From: a bacterium
GTDB lineage: Bacteria > Patescibacteriota > Minisyncoccia > Phycocordibacterales > UBA5272
Length of the DNA: 64,000 nt
Direction: 5' to 3'
NCBI GenBank assembly: GCA_023267635.1
Contig: JAHFMX010000004.1
Coordinates: forward strand, 2,837-66,836
The translations under genes were made by a program, and so were the position numbers. Numbering within the stretch: the stretch's first letter is position 1; the number at the start of each line of letters is the position of its first letter. The notes under the pieces were generated by a model. It was not told where the DNA came from and ran no database searches. It saw only the letters and a list, made by a program, of their open reading frames with translations. Of the stretch, positions 46,988 through 54,696 are shown one piece after another.

Positions 46988-47143
46988 ATGAAAGCAACTC
47001 ACATCCAAAATGGCGGACTTGTTCCAAAGTCACCACGTCATTATCAAGGGCCAACGCGTCCTAAATCGGTACGTAAAGCGGAGCAGCGTAAGCGGAAAGG
47101 ATACTCCGATTCTCCCAGGAAGAATTCCAAAACCAACAAGTGA
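46988..47143 (+). CDS. small basic protein (51 aa), hypothetical
   Basis: ATG with SD aggag 7 nt upstream (ttaggagtagaaATG); Lys/Arg-rich; followed by terminator. Confidence 0.35.
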   Translation: MKATHIQNGGLVPKSPRHYQGPTRPKSVRKAEQRKRKGYSDSPRKNSKTNK

Positions 47144-47159
47144 CTGATCGTCCTTGTAA

Positions 47160-47189
47160 AAAAGACTAGCCCACAGGCCGGTCTTTTTT
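47160..47189 (+). terminator. terminator (imperfect stem, A-run/T-run flanks)
   Basis: aaaAGACtagcccacaggccgGTCTttttt. Confidence 0.4.
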
Positions 47190-47190
47190 A

Positions 47191-47251
47191 GTGTGCTCCC
47201 GATTTCTTAGACTGTAATTCAGTCCTTTGAAATCGCAGTCCTGTGTTACAC
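47191..47251 (+). repeat. hairpin repeat family B, copy c
   Basis: gtgtgct cccgatttcttagactgtaattcagtcctttgaaatcgcagtcct gtgttacac; ends 10 nt before smc ATG. Confidence 0.5.
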
Positions 47252-47261
47252 TTTTTATACT

Positions 47262-49490
47262 ATGCGTTTGTCGCACATCACCATCCAAGGGTTTAAGTCC
47301 TTCGCCAAAAAAACCACACTTGATGTTACTCATCAAGTAACTGGTGTTGTTGGTCCAAATGGTTCTGGTAAATCAAACATCGCAGAAGCAATTCGTTTCG
47401 TTCTCGGCGAACAGTCAATGAAATCCATGCGTGGAAAGATCGGAGCTGATGTGATATTTAAAGGTTCAGAGCATTTATCTCCACTTTCACGCGCTTCCGT
47501 TATGATGGTGATCGATAATAAGGATAAAGGAGATGTAGCGCACGCTTCAGAAACACTTGCTCCGTATTTGGTATATGACGAACTTACGTTATCCCGTGTT
47601 ATTTATGCTGACGGTACGAGTGATTATATGCTCAATGACGCAAAAATCCGCTTAAAGGACGTACAGGAATTATTATCGTTTGCTGGTATTGGAGGAAGTG
47701 CCCACACTATTATCAATCAAGGTGAGGCGGATAGAATTTTACTTGCTAATCCTCGAGACAGAAAAGAAGTATTAGAGGATGCTCTTGGGTTACGTATGTA
47801 TCATATGCGTTTAAACGAAAGTAAGCGCAAACTTGAGCGCGTGAAAACACATGTGCATGAAGTTGAACTGTTGCGAAAAGAAATCAAGCCGCACCTCGAT
47901 CATTTGAAGCGACAGGTTGATAAAATTGAAGCGGCAAGTGAAGAGCGGAATAAATTACATGCACTTCTTATTGCATATCTAACTCGTGAAGAAAACGAGT
48001 TGCAGGCGTTGGATGAACGTATCCGTGAAGAAGGGTCTTCAGCTTCTCTTATTCTCATCACTGATTCTATTCAGAAAGAATTACGTGTACTTAAAGATAG
48101 TACTTCTACAACGCAGGTAACATCTACTTCCGAAAAGCACACACTTCAAACTGAAATGCGTGGACTCTTAGAACGTCGTGATCAGGTAACAAAGACGCTC
48201 GGGAGACTAGAAGCAGAAAAAGCATATTTAGAAAAAGAATTTTCACGGGATGTAGAAGGTAAGGCTGTTACTTTGACCCATGAGAAATGGACAACTACTC
48301 AAACCCTTTTTTCTCATGAAATTGGAGCGCTTGAATCTGCGCTCACCGCTTCTGATATTCAAAAGGCAAGCACACACGTAGAGGGACTTAAACATGAGGT
48401 GAATGAGTTTTTTGGAGCGCAAGACAAAGGAGACGTAACTAAAAAAGAATCATTGAAGCGGGACATTGAAACAGTAACGCAAGCTATTGTAGAACATGAG
48501 CAGAAGGAGCAAACTCTTTCTCGAGATGTTGTAGTGCTTCAAGAAAAGATAGATGCAATTGATGTTCATGCCCAAACGTCTCTCCAGTCTCGTCACGAAG
48601 AAGAAAAGAAGGTAATGACACTCCAGAGTAAGTTGCGTGAACTTGAAAGTACTATTGCATTACGAAGACAAGAAGAAGGAGAGTTTTCTCTTCGTAAGCA
48701 ACACTTTGAAGCTCTGCGAGAGGAGGGTGTGCTTATTGTGGGGCGAGTTGTGTTGGAATATAAGGATCATAGTCCTGAAGAGCGATTTCGTGACACTCCA
48801 AAACCAGATATCCTGCGTGCTATTGAACGTTGTAAACTCCGCATTGAAGAAGCAGGGGTTCCTAATCGTGAAGAAGTTATTGCAGAGTATGCTTCAACTC
48901 GTGAACGTGATGAATATCTTGCTCGAGAACTTACGGATATTAAAGATAGTGAAGAAAAGTTACTCACACTCATTGATGAACTCACCACATCTCTAGAAGA
49001 ACGTTTTTCAAAAGGGGTAGAAGAAGTGTCTAAGGTATTCAGTGAATTTTTTGGAGAGGTGTTCGTGGGAGGAAAAGGAAAGCTTGTGCTTTTACAGTTA
49101 ACCAAGATAGATGACGAAGGAAATCAAACGATTGAACAGGGAATAGACATTGACGTTTCGCTTCCAAATAAAAAAGTGAAAGAGATAACTATGTTCTCGG
49201 GCGGAGAGCGTGCGCTCGTGTCCATCGCCCTTCTTTTTGCAATGTCATCAATTACCCCACCTCCATTTATGGTTCTCGATGAAACAGATGCGCCGCTCGA
49301 TGAATCAAACGCTCGTAAGTATGGAGTGATGTTGAAGCGACTAGCAGAAAAGAGTAAGTTGCTCGTGATTACACACAATCGAGAGACCATGAATCACTGT
49401 GATATGTTGTACGGCGTAACGATTGGAGTAGACGGAGGAAGTAAATTACTCTCAATTAATTTTAAAGAGGCAGAGAATTACAGTAAGTAA
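47262..49490 (+). CDS. smc: short SMC-family ATPase (no obvious hinge)
   Basis: N-terminal IQGFKSF...GPNGSGKSN Walker A; C-terminal signature LSGGERALVSIALLFAM and Walker B LDETDAPLD; ~450 aa coiled region; 742 aa. Confidence 0.7.
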   Translation: MRLSHITIQGFKSFAKKTTLDVTHQVTGVVGPNGSGKSNIAEAIRFVLGEQSMKSMRGKIGADVIFKGSEHLSPLSRASVMMVIDNKDKGDVAHASETLAPYLVYDELTLSRVIYADGTSDYMLNDAKIRLKDVQELLSFAGIGGSAHTIINQGEADRILLANPRDRKEVLEDALGLRMYHMRLNESKRKLERVKTHVHEVELLRKEIKPHLDHLKRQVDKIEAASEERNKLHALLIAYLTREENELQALDERIREEGSSASLILITDSIQKELRVLKDSTSTTQVTSTSEKHTLQTEMRGLLERRDQVTKTLGRLEAEKAYLEKEFSRDVEGKAVTLTHEKWTTTQTLFSHEIGALESALTASDIQKASTHVEGLKHEVNEFFGAQDKGDVTKKESLKRDIETVTQAIVEHEQKEQTLSRDVVVLQEKIDAIDVHAQTSLQSRHEEEKKVMTLQSKLRELESTIALRRQEEGEFSLRKQHFEALREEGVLIVGRVVLEYKDHSPEERFRDTPKPDILRAIERCKLRIEEAGVPNREEVIAEYASTRERDEYLARELTDIKDSEEKLLTLIDELTTSLEERFSKGVEEVSKVFSEFFGEVFVGGKGKLVLLQLTKIDDEGNQTIEQGIDIDVSLPNKKVKEITMFSGGERALVSIALLFAMSSITPPPFMVLDETDAPLDESNARKYGVMLKRLAEKSKLLVITHNRETMNHCDMLYGVTIGVDGGSKLLSINFKEAENYSK

Positions 49491-49514
49491 GTTTTATGCT
49501 ATAGTTGATAGATT

Positions 49515-51449
49515 ATGGAACGTCTGTTTACAGGGGCAATCAGCCTCACTTCTAAGAGAGATGGATATGTACGGGTTACAGAGCTTGAGCACGATGGTGC
49601 GATTTTTGTTGACCATAGTCATCTTGGAACAGCGCTTCACCAAGATATTGTTCAGGTGGAATTACTTGGTAAAAAGCAGAATGTAAAAGGTGAACAAGAA
49701 CTCTACGGAAAAGTATTATCTATTATTGAACGTGGACGCAAAGGATACGCTGGCATCATAGAAGAAGACGCAGGGCATTACTTCCTCGTTCCTCAGGACA
49801 AGAAAATGTACACCGATATCATGATTGGTAAAGATGACCTTAATGGTGCTGAAGTTGGTATGAAGGTTATAGCAAGCATTGACGAATGGACTGATCAAAA
49901 GAAATCTCCAATTGGACGCGTGACGAATGTTCTTGGATATCCAGGAGACAACAATGCAGAAATGTTGGCCTACGCTCTTGAACGTGGTTTTAGTGCTGAA
50001 CATACTGATGCCGTGAATAAAGAAGCTGATGAAATAAAAGCGCGAGGGATTACAGAAGAAGATAAAGCGAATCGAAGAGATTTCAGAACGACTCCAACCT
50101 TTACCATTGACCCAATCGACGCTAAAGACTTCGACGACGCTATCTCATTTAAGAAGCTTGATAATGGACACTATGAAGTTGGTATTCATATTGCTGACGT
50201 ATCGTACTATGTTCGTCCAGGCATGGCACTTGATGAAGAAGGAATCGCTCGCGAGACTTCTGTGTATCTCGTAGACCGTGTAATCCCTATGCTTCCAGAA
50301 GTGCTTTCAAACGATTTGTGTTCTTTGGTACAGGGTGAGGATCGTCTTGTGATGTCTGCGGTGCTTGAGCTTGATGATGAAGGAAAAGTTCATGGAGAAT
50401 GGTTTGGACGCTCTCTTATTAATTCTCATCGAAGATATTCATACGAAGATGCGCAAGTAACGCTCGATACAGGAACAGGAGATTTCTACGAAGAGCTCAC
50501 TATTTTAAATAAGATTGCAAAGAATTTAACAAAAGCACGTTTTGAAGGTGGGGCGCTTTCACTTGAAACTGAAGAGGTTAAATTTAAGTTAGACGAAAAG
50601 GGTGTGCCAATCGATGTGTATGTGAAGTCACGCGGTGATACTCACAAGCTGATTGAAGAGTACATGCTTTTAGCTAACAAGCATGTAAGTAAGTTCATCA
50701 CTGAAAAACAAGAAGAGAAAAACGGACGATCAATCTGTGTGTATCGTATTCACGATAAGCCAGATGCTGACAAGATGCATGATCTTGATCTCTATATTCG
50801 TGGACTCGGGTTCCATGTTCGTTTTCTGGACGGACTCATTCCTTCACAAGACCTCAACGACCTTCTTCGCAAGATGGCAGATAGACCTGAGAAACAACTA
50901 TTGCAAGTTCACATTACTCGATCAATGCAAAAAGCTGTCTATAGTACAAAAAATGTTGGTCACTATGGACTAGCATTTGATTATTATTCTCACTTCACCT
51001 CTCCAATTCGTCGATACCCAGATGTGCTTACACACAGACTCCTTATGCGAGTACTTTCTGAGGATTATCCTAAAGAAGAAGAACGTGGATTGTTTGATTC
51101 ATTGTGTGCTAAGGCAAGTCGTCGTGAAAAAGAAGCATCAGACGCTGAGCGTGGAAGTATTAAGTACAAGCAGGTGGAATATATGTCGTACCGCATTGGG
51201 CAAGAATTCGACGGTATGGTGTCTGGTGTATCAGAATGGGGGATTTATGTAGAAGAGAAGAAAAGTAAGTGTGAAGGCATGATTCGCTTGCGTGATCTCG
51301 GGGATGATTTCTATAACTTTGATCAAAAGGGTGGACGAGTGTTTGGAGAGCGAACAGGAATGGAGTGGAAAATTGGAACACCAGTACGAATGCGTGTAAA
51401 GAACGCAAATCTTGATTTGCGAGTGATTGATTACGAACTAGTACAGTAG
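49515..51449 (+). CDS. rnr: ribonuclease R (RNB family 3'-5' exoribonuclease)
   Basis: Cold-shock/OB N-terminus; RNB catalytic region DPIDAKDFDDAIS; C-terminal S1. Confidence 0.85.
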   Translation: MERLFTGAISLTSKRDGYVRVTELEHDGAIFVDHSHLGTALHQDIVQVELLGKKQNVKGEQELYGKVLSIIERGRKGYAGIIEEDAGHYFLVPQDKKMYTDIMIGKDDLNGAEVGMKVIASIDEWTDQKKSPIGRVTNVLGYPGDNNAEMLAYALERGFSAEHTDAVNKEADEIKARGITEEDKANRRDFRTTPTFTIDPIDAKDFDDAISFKKLDNGHYEVGIHIADVSYYVRPGMALDEEGIARETSVYLVDRVIPMLPEVLSNDLCSLVQGEDRLVMSAVLELDDEGKVHGEWFGRSLINSHRRYSYEDAQVTLDTGTGDFYEELTILNKIAKNLTKARFEGGALSLETEEVKFKLDEKGVPIDVYVKSRGDTHKLIEEYMLLANKHVSKFITEKQEEKNGRSICVYRIHDKPDADKMHDLDLYIRGLGFHVRFLDGLIPSQDLNDLLRKMADRPEKQLLQVHITRSMQKAVYSTKNVGHYGLAFDYYSHFTSPIRRYPDVLTHRLLMRVLSEDYPKEEERGLFDSLCAKASRREKEASDAERGSIKYKQVEYMSYRIGQEFDGMVSGVSEWGIYVEEKKSKCEGMIRLRDLGDDFYNFDQKGGRVFGERTGMEWKIGTPVRMRVKNANLDLRVIDYELVQ

Positions 51450-51493
51450 TTCTGTATTCGTGCTAGAATAAATTCCTAGAAAGGAGGTGTGCT

Positions 51494-51787
51494 ATGACCA
51501 CCTTAAGCCGTAGATTGCCCTTTGTGGCGCCGATAGAGAAGCCTCCATCCTTTTCTCATGATGAAATAAGAGTTTTCACAGCTTCATTTTGGAGCGAAGC
51601 AGATGAATATGTTGCGGGCAAGTTAGGGGATGCACCGAAGTGCCCCTCCTTGTCGGTAACTGCGCCGAAGTGTGATTGCCCGAAAACTCATGACGGCATG
51701 TTCAAAAAAGAACATGAGTGCAAACGTGAAGCTGTGTGTTGTGTTCGTATAACCCTTTTTCCCAAAGGGGTGCCATTTCATGAGTAA
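51494..51787 (+). CDS. small Cys-rich hypothetical protein
   Basis: Strong SD aaaggagg 8 nt upstream; 7 Cys (CPSLSVTAPKCDCP...HECKREAVCC); followed by terminator. Confidence 0.4.
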   Translation: MTTLSRRLPFVAPIEKPPSFSHDEIRVFTASFWSEADEYVAGKLGDAPKCPSLSVTAPKCDCPKTHDGMFKKEHECKREAVCCVRITLFPKGVPFHE

Positions 51788-51798
51788 AGCTTCGTCAC

Positions 51799-51850
51799 AA
51801 GACCCTACATATTCCAAGAGGTTGAATATGTAGGGTCTTTTTCTTGTTTT
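51799..51850 (+). terminator. rho-independent terminator
   Basis: AAGACCCTACATATtccaagaggttgaATATGTAGGGTCTTtttcttgtttttt. Confidence 0.65.
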
Positions 51851-51863
51851 TTATTGGGGTTTA

Positions 51864-51872
51864 TGGTAGAAT
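51864..51872 (+). promoter_or_regulatory. extended -10 box TGGTAGAAT, leaderless rpsP
   Basis: ATG at 51880 lies 7 nt after the box. Confidence 0.45.
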
Positions 51873-51879
51873 ATGGAAC

Positions 51880-52179
51880 ATGTTAAAAATCAGACTACAG
51901 CGTACAGGACGCAAGAACGACCCTCATTTCCGTCTTATCGTTACAGAAAGTACCCTTAAGGCAAAAACATCTCAATTTACTGAGATTGTTGGAACGTATA
52001 ATGTTAAAGCTGGTATCTTTGAAGCTAAAGGAGACCGCGTAAAGCATTGGATGTCAGTTGGAGCACAGGTTACTCCAACGGTTCACAACCTCCTTATCTC
52101 AAAGGGAGTTATCGAAGGAAAGAAGATCAACGTTCTTCCAAAGAAGAAGCCAGTTGTTAAAGTAGCAAAGGCTGCATAA
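51880..52179 (+). CDS. rpsP: 30S ribosomal protein S16
   Basis: MLKIRLQRTGRKNDPHFRLIV; start moved to internal ATG (ORF track began at a TTG). Confidence 0.85.
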   Translation: MLKIRLQRTGRKNDPHFRLIVTESTLKAKTSQFTEIVGTYNVKAGIFEAKGDRVKHWMSVGAQVTPTVHNLLISKGVIEGKKINVLPKKKPVVKVAKAA

Positions 52180-52306
52180 TACTAAAAAACTTGAGATTCA
52201 TTCTCAAGTTTTTTAGTATAAAAATATCAAGTTGTGTGCGCTGTGCATAACTTGTCTATAAAAAAGTTGGAGAAGAGTACACTGAAATGATAAATACAAA
52301 CACGAT

Positions 52307-52624
52307 ATGAAAGACCAAGAATTTGTTGAATATGTTGTAAAGGCACTTGTAGAGAATCAAGATGAGGTAAAAGTAGAACGACGAGTGGATGAGATGGGTG
52401 TTTTGATTACACTTGATGTGGCTGCGGAAGATATGGGAAAAATTATCGGGCGTGATGGAGCAACCGCAAAGGCGCTCCGAACATTGCTCCGTGTTGTTGG
52501 TATGAAGAACAATGCTCGAGTGAATTTGAAAATTAACGAACCAGAAGGACGCACGGATGGACAAGTTCCACGGTATGATACCTCAGATGTGGACGCAGTG
52601 ATGAATGACTTGAAGTCTTTGTAG
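52307..52624 (+). CDS. KH-domain RNA-binding protein (YlqC/UPF0109)
   Basis: KH motif GKIIGRDGATAKALR; rpsP-KH-trmD synteny. Confidence 0.75.
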   Translation: MKDQEFVEYVVKALVENQDEVKVERRVDEMGVLITLDVAAEDMGKIIGRDGATAKALRTLLRVVGMKNNARVNLKINEPEGRTDGQVPRYDTSDVDAVMNDLKSL

Positions 52625-52628
52625 TAAA

Positions 52629-52730
52629 ACTATTCCACCTACTTTGTCGCTACGGAATTTTTCTCAGTCAACGTAGAGGTGCCTACGTCTCTTTCAAAAA
52701 TTCCTAAGCTTCGCGTATCTGAAGCAGTTT
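52629..52730 (+). repeat. 3'-UTR repeat family A, copy 3
   Basis: ctattccacctactttgtcgctacggaatttttctcagtcaacgtagaggtgcctacgtct...ttcaaaaattcctaagcttcgcgtatctg. Confidence 0.6.
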
Positions 52731-52740
52731 TCCAAGAAAG

Positions 52741-52770
52741 AAAAAGCCCCACTTTGTGGAGCTTTTTTTA
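52741..52770. terminator. bidirectional terminator
   Basis: aaaaAGCcCCACtttGTGGaGCTttttttt. Confidence 0.5.
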
Positions 52771-52791
52771 ATTCTCATCACGGAGACGGAA

Positions 52792-52950
52792 TTAAAAAAG
52801 TAGGGATACAGCAACTGTTGTAACCACTGCTGCGGCAATAGCGCCTATGGCCACAGAACTTGTTATTGGCGAAAACAAAATAGCGGCCAGACCAATCCAG
52901 ATGCCTGCAATCGCGATGCCTTTCCCGATATTTTTTCCAGCACTGTCCAT
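52792..52950 (-). CDS. small Gly/Ala-rich membrane protein (52 aa, YeaQ/YmgE-like), below ORF-track cutoff
   Basis: Manual translation MDSAGKNIGKGIAIAGIWIGLAAILFSPITSSVAIGAIAAAVVTTVAVSLLF*; SD aggag 8 nt upstream. Confidence 0.4.
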   Translation of the reverse strand: MDSAGKNIGKGIAIAGIWIGLAAILFSPITSSVAIGAIAAAVVTTVAVSLLF

Positions 52951-52995
52951 AAAGAGCTCCTGTCAGTTGTAAGTATTGTTACAGTACATCAAATA

Positions 52996-53004
52996 TGGTA
53001 TAAT
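52996..53004 (+). promoter_or_regulatory. extended -10 box TGGTATAAT, leaderless trmD
   Basis: ATG at 53012 lies 7 nt after the box. Confidence 0.5.
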
Positions 53005-53011
53005 GTCAATT

Positions 53012-53707
53012 ATGAGATACCACGTGGTAACAATCTTCCCAAACATGCTCGACTCGTATTTTGCAGAGTCGATTATTTCTCGTGCTGTAGAGAGTAAATT
53101 AATTGAAATTAATACCTACGCGCTTCGCGAATACACAACTGATAAACATCGTCGAGTTGATGGTAAGTCATACGGTGGCGGTCCTGGTATGGTGATGTGG
53201 GTTGATCCAATCATTAACTGTGTAGAAAAAATTCAGAAGAAAATTGCTCGCCGAAAAACTGCAAAAGTGCTTGTGGTTATTTTCAACGCGGGTGGAGACA
53301 TGTTTACCAATACGATTGCAAAAAGTTCTGCTACTAAGTACACAGATATTATTTTTATTTGTGGTCGCTATGAAGGAATTGATTCGCGAGTGAAAAAGAT
53401 TTTGAAAGCAAAAGAATGGAGTATTGGAGAGTATGTGCTCACTGGAGGAGAGCTTCCTGCCATGATTTGTATCGATGCTATTTCTCGACAGATTAAAGGA
53501 GTGTTGAATGACGATCTTTCTCTTGAGGAAAAACGTATGGCGTCCCACGAGATATACGCTCGTCCAGAAATATATGAATATAAGAATAAAAAGTATCGAG
53601 TACCGAAGGTTCTTCTTTCTGGTAACCATAAATTGATTGATGAGTATCGTGCGAAAAAAGAAAACACGATTGGTAAGAAAATAAAAACCGATGTATCTAA
53701 AGCTTAA
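53012..53707 (+). CDS. trmD: tRNA (guanine37-N1)-methyltransferase
   Basis: MRYHVVTIFPNM, SPOUT knot region GRYEGIDSR. Confidence 0.85.
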   Translation: MRYHVVTIFPNMLDSYFAESIISRAVESKLIEINTYALREYTTDKHRRVDGKSYGGGPGMVMWVDPIINCVEKIQKKIARRKTAKVLVVIFNAGGDMFTNTIAKSSATKYTDIIFICGRYEGIDSRVKKILKAKEWSIGEYVLTGGELPAMICIDAISRQIKGVLNDDLSLEEKRMASHEIYARPEIYEYKNKKYRVPKVLLSGNHKLIDEYRAKKENTIGKKIKTDVSKA

Positions 53708-53903
53708 AGTTATTCCTGATTCTAAAATCGAAAAAGTGGAGCAATTAAAAGACGATGAGTATCGTATTTGGGTGCGCGCTCCAGCGGAGAATAATCATGC
53801 AAACAATCGAGTTTTGGAAATTGTTCGTGAATTATATCCGCAGATGAAAGTTCGTCTTGTTTCTGGGCATACGAGTCCTTCCAAGATTGTTTCGGTGGGG
53901 TAA
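53691..53903 (+). CDS. DUF167/YggU-family protein
   Basis: 70 aa; ...NNHANNRVLEIVRELY...VRLVSGHTSPSKIV matches the DUF167 pattern. Confidence 0.65.
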   Translation: MYLKLKVIPDSKIEKVEQLKDDEYRIWVRAPAENNHANNRVLEIVRELYPQMKVRLVSGHTSPSKIVSVG

Positions 53904-53906
53904 GTT

Positions 53907-53915
53907 TGGTAGAAT
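53907..53915 (+). promoter_or_regulatory. extended -10 box TGGTAGAAT upstream of tRNA-Thr
   Basis: 25 nt before tRNA start. Confidence 0.4.
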
Positions 53916-53940
53916 GAGCGCTACTTGTTTTAGGTTACAT

Positions 53941-54013
53941 GCCAAGATAGCTCAGTTGGTAGAGCACTTCCATGGTAAGGAAGAGGTCGCGGGTTCAATT
54001 CCCGCTCTTGGCT
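53941..54013 (+). tRNA. tRNA-Thr (GGT)
   Basis: Acceptor GCCAAGA/TCTTGGC, anticodon stem CTTCC/GGAAG with loop ATGGTAA, T-arm GCGGGTTCAATTCCCGC. Confidence 0.85.
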
Positions 54014-54062
54014 CAGAAATTAAAAAGCACCGGTAAGGTGTTTTTTAATTTCTGAGCCAAGA
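54006..54062. repeat. perfect 21-bp inverted repeat (terminator hairpin) incorporating the tRNA-Thr 3' end
   Basis: tcttggctcagaaattaaaaa gcaccggtaaggtg ttttttaatttctgagccaaga. Confidence 0.65.
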
Positions 54063-54182
54063 GCTTTGAAAGGGGTCGGGGAAACGATAGTTTCCCCGTA
54101 GAGGAGAGTAGTGAGTGTACTCGCGAACGTTGAGAACCGTGGGTTCTCAAAACCGAAGCTTAGCGATAGCGTAGCGGAGGTT

Positions 54183-54202
54183 GCTCTTGGCTCAGAAATT
54201 AA
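54183..54202 (+). repeat. direct repeat of tRNA-Thr 3' end plus trailer
   Basis: gctcttggctcagaaattaa identical to 54004-54023, 179 bp downstream; preceded by degenerate T-arm-like gtagcggaggttgc. Confidence 0.5.
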
Positions 54203-54299
54203 CCTCTTGTAGTCGATTCCCGCTCTAAATTAAGATTCGACAAAACCCTTAATTTTGAGTAGTGTAAGACTTAATTGTTCAACTACTACGGGAGGTTAT

Positions 54300-54650
54300 A
54301 TGGCAGAAGATGCCGAGCTTGGCCCGTCGTTAAGGCGGTTGCTCAAGTGGATTACGAAGAAATACAAAATAGAAAAAGAAATTGCTAAAGAGCATCTTGG
54401 CTTTAATCCACCATCCATCGAAATGTTCATGGTGCTCTCAAGTGCCATGAGGCGCAGGATTTTTAAGGAAGGGAAAAATCCCACCTTCGATGAGCTTATT
54501 TCAAAGCTAGTTGATTCTGGATATGTTCATCGGTTCACTGGTTACCATGATCCAAATCATCCAGAAATCAGACTATCAAAAGAAAGCACTTTCTATTGTC
54601 TTACAAAAAAAGGTGAGGAAGCAAAAATAATAGTGGTGCGAAAACGCTAA
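54300..54650 (+). CDS. small hypothetical protein (possible winged-helix)
   Basis: Start at MAEDAEL with SD gggagg 4 nt upstream. Confidence 0.4.
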   Translation: MAEDAELGPSLRRLLKWITKKYKIEKEIAKEHLGFNPPSIEMFMVLSSAMRRRIFKEGKNPTFDELISKLVDSGYVHRFTGYHDPNHPEIRLSKESTFYCLTKKGEEAKIIVVRKR

Positions 54651-54696
54651 ACGCTGCCAGAAATGGTGGCGTTTATTTTTTGCTATACTAAGCAAA

